A DNA stretch of 64,000 bases, taken from Mobula hypostoma (taxonomy: Eukaryota). Below the pieces are notes generated by a model. It did no database searches. It had not been told where the DNA came from and saw nothing but the letters and a program-made list of their open reading frames with translations. The first letter of the stretch is position 1. Every line of letters starts with the position of its first letter. The DNA lies in assembly GCF_963921235.1 (NCBI RefSeq), contig NC_086097.1:138200001-138264000 (forward strand), given 5' to 3'. The position numbers and the translations under genes are program-made. This document shows positions 50,371 to 62,024 of this stretch, piece by piece.

Positions 50371-53245
50371 TCAAATCCTGCCTCCCATATAACCCCCCAC
50401 CTTAAATTCCTCCATATACCTGTCTAGTAGTCCCTTAAACTTCACGAGTGTATCTGCCTCCACCACTGACTCAGGCAGTGCATTCCATGCACCAACCACT
50501 CTCTGAGTAAAAAACCTTCCTCTAATATCCCCCTTGAACTTCCCACCCCTCACCTTAAAGCCATGTCCTCTTGTATTGAGCAGTGCTGCCTTGGGGAAGA
50601 GGCGCTGGCTATTCACTCTATCTGTTCCTCTTATTATCTTCTACACCTCTATCATGTCTCCTCTCATCCTCCTTCTGTCCAAAGAGTAAAGCCCTAGCTC
50701 CCTTAATCTCTGATCATAATGCATACTCTCTAATCCAGGCAGCATCCTGGTAAATCTCCTCTGTACCCTTTCCAATGCTTCCACATCCTTCCTATAGTGA
50801 GGCAACCAGAACTGAACACAGTACTCCAAGTGTGGCCTAAGCAGAGTTTTATAGAGCTGCATCAATACATCGCGACTTAAACTCTATCCCTCGACTTATG
50901 AAAGCTAACACCCCATAAGCTTTCTTAACTATCCTATCTACCTGTGAGGCAACTTTCAGGGATCTGTGGACATGTACCCCCAGATCCCTCTGCTCCTCCA
51001 CACTACCAAGTATCCTGCCATTTACTTTGTACTCTGCCTTGGAGTTTGTCCTTCCAAAGTGTACCACCTCACACTTCTCCGGGTTGAACTCCATCTGCCA
51101 CTTCTCAGCCCACTTCTGCATCCTATCAATGTCTCTCTGCAATCTTCGACAATCCTCTACACTATCTACACCACCACCAACCTTTGTGTTGTCTGCAAAC
51201 TTGCCAACCCACCCTTCTTCCCCCACATCCAGGTCGTTAATAAAAATCACGAAAAGTAGAGGTCCCAGAACAGATCCTTGTGGGACACCACTAGTCACAA
51301 TCCTCCAATCTTAATGTACTCCCTCCACCACGATCCTCTGCCTTCTGCAGGCAAGCCAATTCTGAATCCACCTGGCAAAACTTCCCTGGATCCCATGCCT
51401 TCTAACTTTCTGAATAAGCCTACCGTGTGGAACCTTGTCAAATGCCTTACTAAAATCCATATAGATCACATCCACTGCACTACCCTCATCTATATGCCTG
51501 GTCACCTCCTCAAAGAACTCTATCAGGCTTGTTAGACACAATCTGCCCTTCACAAAGCCATGCTGACTGTCCCTGATCAGACCATAATTCTCTAAATGCT
51601 CATAGATCCTATCTCTGAGAATCTTTTCCAACAGCTTTCCCACCACAGACGCAAGGCTCACTGGTCTATAATTACCCAGACTATCCCTACTACCTTTTTG
51701 AACAAGGGGACAACATTCGCCTCCCTCCAATCCTCCAGTACCAATCCCATGGACGAGGACATAAAGATCCTAGCCAGAGGCTCAGCAATCTCTTCCCTTG
51801 CCTCATGGAGCAGCCTGGGGAATATTCTGTCAGGCCCCAAGGACTTAACCATCCTAATGTATTTTAACAACTCCAACACCTCCCCTCCCTTAATATCAGC
51901 ATGCTCCAGAACATCAACCTCACTCATATTGTCCTCACCATACCATCAAGTTCCCTGTCATTGGTGAATACCGAAGAGAAGTATTCATTGAGGACCTCGC
52001 TCACTTCCACAGCCTCCAGGAACATCTTCCCACCTTCATCTCTAATCAGTCCTACCTTCACTCCTGTCATCCTTTTGTTCCTCACATAATTGAAGAATGC
52101 CTTGGGGTTTTCCTTCACCCTACTTGCCAAGGCCTTCTCATGCCCCCTTCTTGCTCTTCTCAGGCCCTTCTTAAGCTTTCTTGTTTCCCTATATTCCTCA
52201 ATAGACCCACTTGATCCTTGCTTCCTAAACCTCATGTATGCTGCCTTCTTCCACCTGACTAGATTTTCCACCTCACTTGTCACCCATGGTTCCTGCACCC
52301 TACCATTCTTTATCTTCCTCACCGGGACAAATTTATCCCTAACGTCCTGCAAGAGATCTCTAAACATGGACCACATGTCTATAGTACATTTCCCTGCAAA
52401 AACATCATCCCAATTCACACCCACAAGTTCTAGCCTTATGACCTCATAATTTGCCGTTCCCCAATTAAAATGTTTCCTGTCCTCTCTGATTCTATCCTTT
52501 TCTATGATAATGCTAAAGGCCAGGGAGCGGTGGTCACTGTCCCCCAGATACTCACCCACTGAGAGATCTGTGACCTGACCTGGTTCATTACCTAGTACTA
52601 GATCTAGTATGGCATTCCCCCTAGTCGGCCTGTCCACATACTGTGACAGGAATCCTTCCTGGACACACTTAAACTCTGCCCCATCTAAACCCTTGAAACT
52701 AATCAGGTGCCAATCAATATTAGGGAAGTTAAAGGCACCCATGATAACAACCCTGTTATTTTTGCACCTTTCCAAAATCTGCCTCCCAATCTGCTCCTCT
52801 GTATCTCTGCTGCTACTAGGGGGCCTATAGAATACCCCCAGTAGAGTAACTGCTCCCTTCCTGTTCCTGACTTCCACCCATACTGACTCAAGGATCCTGC
52901 TACATTACCCACCCTTTCTGTAGCTGTAATAGTATCCCTAATCAGTAATGTCACCCCTCCTCCCCTTCCCCACCCCCCATCCCTTTTAAAGCACTGAAAT
53001 CCAGGAATATTGAGAATCCATTCCTGCCCTGGTGCCAACCAAGTCTCTGTAATGGCCACTACATCATAATTCCATGTATGTATCCAAGCTCTCAGTTCAT
53101 CACCTTTGTTCCTGATGCTTCTTGCATTGAAGTACACGCACTTTAGCCCTTCTACCTTACTACCTTTACACCCTTTATTCTGCTTCTCTTTCCTCAAAGT
53201 CTCTCTATATGTTAGATCTGGCTTTAATTCATGCACTTTTTCCAC
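50371..53245 (-). pseudogene. CR1 ORF2: APE endonuclease plus reverse transcriptase, several frameshifts/stops
   Basis: YFNARSI, AITETWL, YRPP, GAFNFP, LDLVL, GDSDH, NYRPVSL, DFSKAFD, GVPQGSVLGP and FADN, split over about seven ORFs. Confidence 0.95.
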
Positions 53246-53280
53246 TGCTCTAGCGCTCCGGGTCCCATTCCCCTTGCAAA

Positions 53281-54204
53281 TTAGTTAAAACCCTCCCGAA
53301 CCATGTTAGCAAACCTACCTGCAAGGATATTGCTCCCCCTTGAGTTCAGGTGCAGCCCATCCAATCTGTACAGGTTCCATCTTCCCCAGGAGAGATCCCA
53401 ATGATCCAAAAATCTCAAAGCCTGCCCCCTGCACCAACTCCTCAGCCATGCATTCAACTGCCATCTCCTCCAATTCTTACCATCATTGTCACACAGCACT
53501 GGCAGCAATCCTGAGAACGCCACCCTTGAGGTCCTGTTCTTCAGCCTTCTACCTAGTTCCCGAAATTCACACTTCAGGACCTCATCCCTCTTCCTGCCTA
53601 TGTCATTGGTACCAATATGTATCACGACTTCTGGCTGCTTTCCCTCTGGTACCAGGATGTCGTGCACCCGGTCAGAGACATCCCGGACCCTGGCACCCGG
53701 GAGGCAACAAACCATGCGGGTGTCCTTCTCACGTCCACAAAATCTCCTGTCTGCTCCCCTGACTACAGCTCTCCTCTTCTCCGTCCCACCCTTCTGCACC
53801 ACCAGGTCAGACTCAATGCTGCAGGCCCTGCCACCGTGGCACATACGTGGTCAGTCGTCCCCGCCAACAGTATTCAGGACGGTAAACTTATTATTCAGGG
53901 GAATGGCTACAGGGGTGGTCTGCACTACCTGTCTGCTCACCTTCGCTTTCCCCCCTCTGACTGTCACCCAACGACCTGCTTCCGACAGCCTAGGTGTGAC
54001 TACCTCCCTGTTGCTCTCATCTATGACTGCCTCATTCTCCCTTATGAGTCGAAGGTCATCCGGCTGCTGCTCCAGATTCCTTATGTGGTCTTCCAGATCG
54101 CCCAACCATATGCACTTCTGGCAGATGTGATTCTGCAGGAGAGGGGCGTTCCCCCAACACTGTCACATCTCACATGAGAGGCACATCACCGTCTCAGGAG
54201 GCAT
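53281..54204 (-). pseudogene. CR1 ORF1: N-terminal Cys-pair zinc finger/leucine zipper plus SGNH-type esterase domain, disrupted
   Basis: ATG at 54204: MPPETVMCLSCEM*...HICQKCIWL..LEDHIRNLEQQ. Then CLPGARVRDV, HIGTND and DGLHLN. Contains a stop and a frameshift. Confidence 0.9.
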
Positions 54205-55067
54205 TGTAAAGACTAACTGCGAGCAAGCTTGTCCTCCGCCTCTTCTCATCGCATTTGTTATCCCTTTCCGCACCTTGTGGGGCACGTCAGGCGGCAAACT
54301 TGATTTTTTTTTGGCATTTTTGTCTTGTTATTTACATCCTGTAATTCCTTTTCTTTTCTATTATTATGTATTGCATTGTACTGCTGCTGCATGGTCAACA
54401 TGTGCCGGTGATGTTAAACCCGATTCTGAACTGTTCCTAGAGAGTTAGTTCTTTTCCCAACCATCTGTATATGACATTGTGAAAAAGCGCTGGGCTGATA
54501 TTCTTAACAGTTTGCAGAACAGAATAGTGACACAATGGTATAACAGGTAGGTGTTTTGCTTCACAGCTCCAGTGGTCCAGATTTAATCCCAAAATGTGGA
54601 ATCTGCTGGGCTGTACTCAAGCTTTTCTGTTGCCAGTACAGGTTTTCCTTCTGGTAACTCTAGTTTTCCCTTATCCCAATGATATCATTGACAGATCAAT
54701 AAGCCACTGTGTGCAAGAAGGTGGTAGGAAGACTGGGAAGAGTGGAGTTAATAATTGACAGAGAAATAAGAGGAGGAACGTGACTGATGGGAAGGCTGAA
54801 TAATGTTGGTAAACTTCATGCTGCTGTTTGTGAGATCTTGCTGCCCACACAGGTGTGCTGTTCCTACATCACAAATGTGATGACACTTCAACAGTGGCTG
54901 AGAATCTTCCACCATCCTGATGGAGTGAAAAGATATGACAGGCCAACCCTCGTTTCCTTGCTGTTAAAGTGACACCCTTAATACCAGAGTTCAAAGCAAT
55001 CCCCCAGGCTCACCAAAATGCAACTTTTGTGTCTATTGTTTTCTGGTGGAGAATGAGATTGTGAATA

Positions 55068-56578
55068 TTTATTTGCAATTAAAGTTGTACGTCTTCAACA
55101 AGAAGTGTAAAGGCAGGCAGTTCATTGGGCACTAGATGGTGCTGTCACACAGTTGCAGGGGCACTCAAAGTGTAGCAACTGTACTGCTCCACACTCTAAA
55201 CACTCTGTAAGAGCATGGCAGGATAATGCTCTTCACACTCAGACTGAAACCAAGTTAAGTACAAACAGGTAATTCAACTATTTTATTTAATGTTATTATA
55301 ACTAAGTCTGTGCCAAAAGACTCTGGAACCTCACCAGGCAGAGAAATTCTTCCCACGTTGTTTCACTTATTTCAATGCTTTAGGAAGCATGCAAAATGCT
55401 GAATGAATAACTTAGATGGGCTGTGAAAAATCACAAGCAATTCGGATTGCAGCTGCCGGATGAACTTCTGTAGGTCTAATACTAAAAAAAATGCAAAAAT
55501 TCTGAAGTGCATGTCGTGAGATCACAATTCCAATGAACTGCATCATGTAGTGACAACCTTGTATATGACGAGTATGCAGTCCACTCTATTACAAAGCTAT
55601 TATTGCCATTGGTCAAACCTACGTTCACTCCCCACTGAAGTCACAAAGGCAAATATGGCAATTAGCAAAAGGCTTATTATAAAACAAAGCAACTCAAGGA
55701 AAGAACAAGCTACCTGACCAGTACCTGTGCCAGAGTATAATAAATTCCAGTTTGTGTCTGTGTGGAAGCTGGAACAGCATTGTATTTTTGAGGATTAAGC
55801 AGAATGTGAACTGGGATCTATGTGGCATTATGGTCTTGTCGGATCTAGAAGTAGAACATGCACCCCTCTTCCTCAGGCTAGATAACAAATAGGCTAGAGT
55901 CTATCAGGCTAGATAGTGCCCTCGGTTACTCCACGTTCTCAGGACCTAGTGAGCTTGGGAACTCTGCTCATTCACCCACGAAAGCTCAACAGAATATCAC
56001 CCCTGGCACATGATGGTTGGGTCAGAGAGTACATTGCCTAGGGATATCCCAGTGTCTCAGCAGCAACAGGGGTTTTTATAAGCAGAAGCTGCTGCTGTCT
56101 GGCTGAGTAAATCCTGGGCCAATAGATGGAACACACTGCTTGCAAAGTTCTCATAGTTGCATTCACAGATGTCGAGACGGCAACAGCAATGAGGGATTCT
56201 CAGTAAGGAACTACTGGGAGTTCACTTTCAATTGGTGAAAGGCTATATTTATTCTGTGAATGTGGTTTTCAGCAGAGTCTTGAACAACTATTTGAACTCT
56301 TTGAGGTTTACGGGCCATGGCTAGATTTCAGTAGTTAACTGCACACCTGGATGTTACTGGTCACTGGTGTGAAGTAATAATCTACTGACAGCCAAAATTA
56401 TAGTAAAATTCACAGAACAGGTTCTTTGGCTGAGTTACTGAAGTGAGAGGTGGGGTGGTGGTGAGAGGAGAGGAGAGGAGAGGAGTTGGTGGGTGGGTTG
56501 GCGTGGAAACAGACAAAGCGTGCTGAAATCTGAGCACGCTGAAGTAAATCGATTAAGATCCAACCAAGAGCAATGATT
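55068..56578 (-). other. Probable 3' UTR with candidate AATAAA signals (plus-strand TTTATT at 56248, 55282, 55068)
   Basis: Unique, TE-poor stretch directly after the stop codon. The true 3' end is unknown. Confidence 0.5.
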
Positions 56579-56658
56579 TCACGACTGTGTGATTTGTAAA
56601 GCCTCCAACATGTCCTCCACAACCTTCAGTGAATTCTTGCTCTCCTTTTTGCCTCGAC
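56579..56658 (-). CDS. Last coding exon of an unidentified host gene: (C)RGKKESKNSLKVVEDMLEALQITQS*
   Basis: Branch point ACTAAT, pyrimidine tract and acceptor (ctgtaactaatccttctgtgtccttctagcttgcag|GT). Open frame to TGA. Phase 1 matches the upstream exon. Followed by TE-poor sequence. Confidence 0.75.
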
Positions 56659-57702
56659 CTGCAAGCTAGAAGGACACAGAAGGATTAGTTACAGTCAGAA
56701 AAGCACTGCATTCAAGTTCACAGTACCCAAAATTCAGATCCTCCCAACCTGTCACTCTGATTACACTTCTGAAATGGCTGCTGTCACACCTTTGCAAAGG
56801 AACTACTGGGAGTTCACTTTCTCAAGCAAATGTAGAAGTGTTCCCTTGCACTGGGACACTCATCACAATACTTCCTCTGCCAAAGAACTCATTCTGTAAA
56901 CGTAACTGGAATGTTGACTTCCTGCGAGTCTGACTCTTCACATCACAAAATTAAACCAGCTTTTCATTAACAGATTTCTTCCTAGGACGAATGAATGGTA
57001 TAGGCGTGAAAGGGTTAATGTTATTCCTAAAGCAGTGCACCATTCACACAGGAAGGTGAGGAGGAAAACTCTGGTACTTGTGATGCCAATCATAAAACAA
57101 TCCGCAGTCACTCAGAGTTGGTTTGACCAACACAGAACGGGAGTAGTGACAGAGGCTACAGGTTCACTGATTCTCATCTCTTTGCTTTAAGCACTTTCTG
57201 TCCATCACAGTGTCATCAAAATTACTTCCCAACTGCACTGATATTTTAACAACCAGTGGACCACAGGAGTGGATTTTCAATTAACTCCAGAGTTCAGCTG
57301 TTTGTCAAATGGACAGAGTGACCTATCAGGCTCCACGTTTAAATGTTATTGAGAGGGCAAAAAAAAAACCAGAGGCATTCAAATATCCCTGCTGGCTCAA
57401 AGTTCAGAAGTTTGGGAAGCTGCAAAGGGACGGGAACAGAGGAAGGGAGAAAAGTTCATTGGATTTAGCCAACAGTACTGGTTTGCTGTCAATTTCAAGG
57501 AATCTTGGCTGCACTCCTAAAACTAATCTGTTGGTATTAAGTGTCTTTGTTGACATAGATATTTGACATTTGGTGCTGACTGCTTTAGCAAATTCTTTAG
57601 CAGAAAGAGGTTAAAAAGCACTCTGTAATGCTATTTCATAATAAATACAATTCATAATAAAACAAAATAGACAGAAGTAAAATTTCAGCCTTTCTTTCTT
57701 AC

Positions 57703-57755
57703 ATTTAGCACCCAGTCTACAAAAGGTGTTTCTGTTTACACACTGGCCATGTGCC
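57703..57755 (-). CDS. 53-nt internal coding exon: (R)AHGQCVNRNTFCRLGAK(C)
   Basis: tttcttacacaccag|GGCAC...CTAAAT|gtaaga. Only one of three frames is open, and it splices in frame to 56658. Confidence 0.7.
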
Positions 57756-58244
57756 CTGGTGTGTAAGAAACATATACATTATATTAAAAATGTTCACTAT
57801 TCCCAGAAACTGGTTCTGTCTGTGCTTGTGCCCTACTAAACATTTATTCAAGATGCATAGTTTTAAAAAAGATCTTTGAAATATTTGACAATTTCCTTCT
57901 GAAGAACTTTTTCTTCTTGCTCTCTAGGAGTCCAAGTATATCTGCAATCCTATAGCAAATTACATGACATTCCTCCGAAGTAACCCAGTGACTGATTCGT
58001 ATCCAACCTTCCCCTATGGTTCAATACGGTGGGACAAAAACAAGCAATAAATGCTTGCTTGCTAGTCTGTTTCATAACAGACAGCGCCCAAGGTCAGGAT
58101 TGAACCCAGATTACTGGAGCTGCAAGGGAGTGGCCTTACCAGCCATGTCACTGTGCTGCCTTGTAGAGATGATTGGGCCATTTCTCTGTCAATCAAGCCT
58201 GGTGCTCACAGTACTGTAAATGACTGAGACTGATTTTAGGCACA

Positions 58245-58530
58245 AGATCAGAGAGTCATACAGCATGGAAACAGGCCATTGAGCCCAAATATCCATGCTG
58301 ATTGTGGTTCTCACTGGATGAACAGTATACAGGAGAAGCTTTTTTCTGCATCTTGATTTATGTGGCAGTGATGAACCAATACCTCTCACCTTAAAACTAT
58401 GCTCTCTAGTTTTTAGTTACCATTCTCTGGGAAAAAGACTGTGTGCATTCACCCTGTCTATGCTCCTCAGCTTTATATGCTTCTATAAGATCACCCCTCA
58501 TTTTCCTATCCTGCTCAACCTCTCCCTACA
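58245..58530 (-). mobile_element. Old CR1 3' end (intronic)
   Basis: agagtcatacagcatggaaacaggcc tail. ctctcaccttaaaactatgctctctag...cttctataagatcacccctc. Confidence 0.75.
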
Positions 58531-59099
58531 AATATTATAGAGCTTGATTATTTTTGGCTTATAGTTTTGGCTCAGTTTGACGGAGAGTGGATGTATTTTT
58601 ACTAATGTTTGGAAAAGTTGTGTACGCTCCATGATTAAAAATATCTCAGTCCAGACATACATCATTATTCAAATTTCTGTATAACACAGACAGGTTAATA
58701 TTGAAGAGAAACATGGGAATGGTTAAAATCACATTAACCTGTTGAAATTCACCATACACACAGCAGCAAACAGTACACACCAATGGTACTAGGTGCCAAC
58801 TCAAAGACATTCTGAAAGCCAGTTGGCACAGGCCAAATAATTGAAAATGCAAATTCTACCTTGTACATTCATTGCCTATCTGGAGTTATAGCAGAGAAAG
58901 AAACCCAAAAACAATTTTTTCTAACTAAGGTTTTGCTTCCTCTTTCTCTAAAAATTTTAAGTCCTCTAAATATATGACTATCCTTTGTTCACTGCAATTT
59001 TCTGAAGAAATCACCTTGATTTTATTTCCTCTGCTCTTTAAACAGAGTCTTTACCATGTGACAATTACTTTGTTGTATAAACTGTTTCCTGCAAGTCAC

Positions 59100-59122
59100 C
59101 TCATTGGCTGAAGCAGACCTGC
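59100..59122 (-). CDS. Candidate 19- or 23-nt coding microexon: (A)GLLQPM(R)
   Basis: ttctcttcaatag|GCAG|GTCTGCTTCAGCCAATGAG|gtgact. Ends in phase 2, matching exon 57755. Confidence 0.4.
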
Positions 59123-60559
59123 CTATTGAAGAGAATTATCTGGTGCAGCTGGCAAAAATGGTTCAGGAAGCCAGCTGAAACTTTTATTTAGGATTTTTGA
59201 AGAATTGTTGGAAATAACTTACAACTAAAGAAAGAGCTAAAGAAAGTAGGGCACTCTTCTGTTGCAACTGAGATATGCCATTAATTTTAAGGGACTACCT
59301 GAGCCATTCAATTTCCACTCCAACCTCTCTGCACGCTACTACATCATCTCAAGGGAGACAGAATTCTCCCATGCTCCCCAGTGATAATCAGAAGACAATC
59401 TCCTCACGATGGCAGATATCTTACACACAGATATTTTACCCCAAAGAGTTCCTGGACATATGTTATTTACTAAAAGAGACTGGCCTGAAACACTGACCAT
59501 TTTTCTCACTCCAGAGAAGTGGTCTGATCAGAGGAGCATACCTTCTGTTTTCAGTCTTTCTTTTTGACTTTCAGCAGCTTTGAAAATAGGATGAAGCTGT
59601 TTCGATTTGCAGAAACCCAAGTGAATGCAGAAAACCATTTAAGATAATGGGCAAAATAACCAGAGGGGCAGGCCAGAGATGCATGAGCTGCTGTTATCTG
59701 GAAAGGACTGCCTTTAAGGGCAATGGCAGAAAATTCAATAATAACTTGCAAAAGGTAGTGGATAAATACCAGAAAAAGAAACATTTGCAGGGCTGCAGGG
59801 AAAACACAGGAGATGGAGATCAACAGAAAAAACCTTCAAAGAACTGGCACAGGAACGATGGGTCAAATGGTCTCTCATGCTGAGTCCACAGCGGGAGAAG
59901 GATGATGACAAACATCTTGAAGATATAACTCTTCTTCCACAAATACAACTAATATTTTTTCCAGCAATAATTTAATATTCAATGCAGAAACATATTCTCC
60001 AGAAAATTTCATTCACTTAAAAAGTCGTTCTGTTAATAATTTTGCCTCCTTTTTAATCACTGGAAGCATCCCGGGTGTTACATCTACTTTTAAGTGATCA
60101 AATTACAGGTTGGTGTGATAGAACCTTATCTGCAGGGACAAGGGTAGGCTTGTACACTTCAGATGCACATAACTTTTATAAATACATCTTGAATGTTGAA
60201 AAATTACACCGCACATCATGACATTACCCAGGCCTAATTTGGAACAGAGCATTTTATGGCTTACAAGCTCTCGTTACACCACAGCTGCACAGTTTCCACA
60301 TCCAATTTGCAACCAAAAAAGACAGATTTTTTTCTACCCTAAATAGAACTGAAATTTGACTCATTTAGAATTTATGAGCTCAAGGAGTATTATAACCATG
60401 AGCTGAAACATTTGCAAATATCACCTAAATTCCAATCTGTCCCTCATAACGTTAACCAATTCCCACATCTGTGCGCAATTCCCTGCCATACATTTCTGAT
60501 ATAAATTAACATAGTGGGCAAAACGCATAACTGAACTAAACTGTATGTTGAAGGACTAC

Positions 60560-60800
60560 TCAAGAGCCTTCAGTGCAAGAACGCAGACCAACACTTCCGA
60601 TGTAGTACTGAAGGTATACTGAACTGTCATAGCTTAGCCTTTCTGAAGAAACACTAAGGCCATGTGTGCTTTTGCAGGTGAGCTGTGGAGAACAGGGGAA
60701 TTCCCTTTGCAGCCTTGGCTGATATTTACCCCTCAATTCACAGAGTTGGAACACAGACTGTTGATCACTTTTCTTAGTGTGATCTTGCTGTGCCAAGTCA
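60560..60800 (+). mobile_element. Ancient DeuSINE-like remnant
   Basis: gtagtactgaagg...gaacaggggaattccc...gatatttacccctcaa...gatcttgctgtgcc, related to 36170-36410. Confidence 0.55.
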
Positions 60801-62024
60801 GATGATAAAAGTTTACCACATAGGACTCTGCCAATTGATTATTCATGTTTGCAGCTACTTAGAATATTTCCATTTCCTATTCTGCAGCCTTGAAGGTCCT
60901 GGCTTCAACACTCATGAGGAATTCTGCATCAAGACCTTTTCAAGCAAGTGCTCCACTTCCCAATACTGGTGGGAAAGAAACAAACAACTCCACCTCTCCC
61001 AGTTATTTTTCCACTGATTAAGACATCTCTACCTTTCCCAGGTTACTGAGCTCTCTGCCAAGGAAAGTGGATTCTTCTTTTGCACTTTGATCATTTTATA
61101 CTCCTCAATCACACATACCTCCAGTCTTCTGTGCCCGAGGGACATTCTCTCCTCTCATTGCAGCTTTTCACCCCAACAACATTCTTGTAAGTTTTCTCTG
61201 CACCTTCTCTAATTCAATTACATACATCCTCTTTGTAGGACTGTGTACAGACCAGAACTTGTTAACACACCAGTCGATCACGAATTGATTCACAGCAATT
61301 GGTGAGAACTCAGTGGTGTTGTTTCTGGGTAGTACTTGGTTGATTTTTGTCACATTTACTGAGATTCAGTGAAAAACTTGCACACTGTCTATGCAGATAA
61401 TTCCAAACATAAATACATCAAGGCAGTACAAAGGGAAAAGCACTAAGAGAATGCAGAATATAGTGTTATAGTAACATGGAATGTGCAGGACAGACAAACA
61501 ACAAGGCAACAGGGCCATGGCAAAGTAGGTTGTGAGGTCAAGTGTTCATCTTTTTGTATAAGAGAGTTTTACAAAAGCAGGAAAGGCTGAATATTTCCAA
61601 AGCAGTAAAGGTTAAGATTTGAACAGTTTGTAAGCTGTTTACAGCAAGTAGATACATACTCCTTTAAGGAACAAAAGTGTAGCTGAGAAGTAACCTAGCC
61701 ATGGCGAGACAGAGATGTTGAGATTAGATCAAAGGCAAAGGCTCAGAATGTTGCGTAAAGAACCATGGACTATGAGAACTTCTGATTTCAGCAAAGGAGG
61801 AAATAGAACCAGAAAGTAACCAGCCAAGATAAAGAGCACAACACTTGTGTAGTACTAAAATATTTATTGGTGTTGATAGCTGACAGCTTCCCAAGGAACA
61901 TGCTGTGATTGGCAAGTGTACCTTGTTCTCCAAAATTCCATGGATCCTGAAATGATTCCAACAGAACCAAAAGAAATGCAACCCAACCCATCTGAGGAAG
62001 AGAGAAAAGAGGGATACCACAGAA

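Larger units (their letters stand above)
50312..54328 (-). mobile_element. Near-full-length CR1 LINE (same family as 20594-22070), 9-bp TSD
   Basis: ORF1, APE and RT all present. TATTTACAT at 50303-50311 and 54329-54337. Confidence 0.96.
45050..54430 (+). mobile_element. Rex1/Babar-like host LINE in four pieces (45050-45380, 46407-46533, 48139-48712, ~54338-54430)
   Basis: The pieces join colinearly: DYSSA...YADDT...YRSET | QLVE...KTKELIVDFRK...PVLIEGSE | VDKVSNFNF...ESILTGCI...3'UTR | remainder of the 3'UTR ending aaacccgattctga. Confidence 0.8.

Noticed and set aside
53281..53844. SGNH esterase as a novel captured enzyme
   Set aside because: The esterase domain is an established component of CR1 ORF1.
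56500..56581. TGA plus downstream hairpin as selenocysteine/SECIS
   Set aside because: The hairpin lacks the AUGA/GA kink-turn and AAR loop of a SECIS.
60265..60284. Further 20-nt minus-strand microexon candidate (gcag|CTGTGG...GAGCTT|gtaagc)
   Set aside because: Good donor and compatible phase, but poor pyrimidine tract next to the AG. Too weak to call without RNA data.
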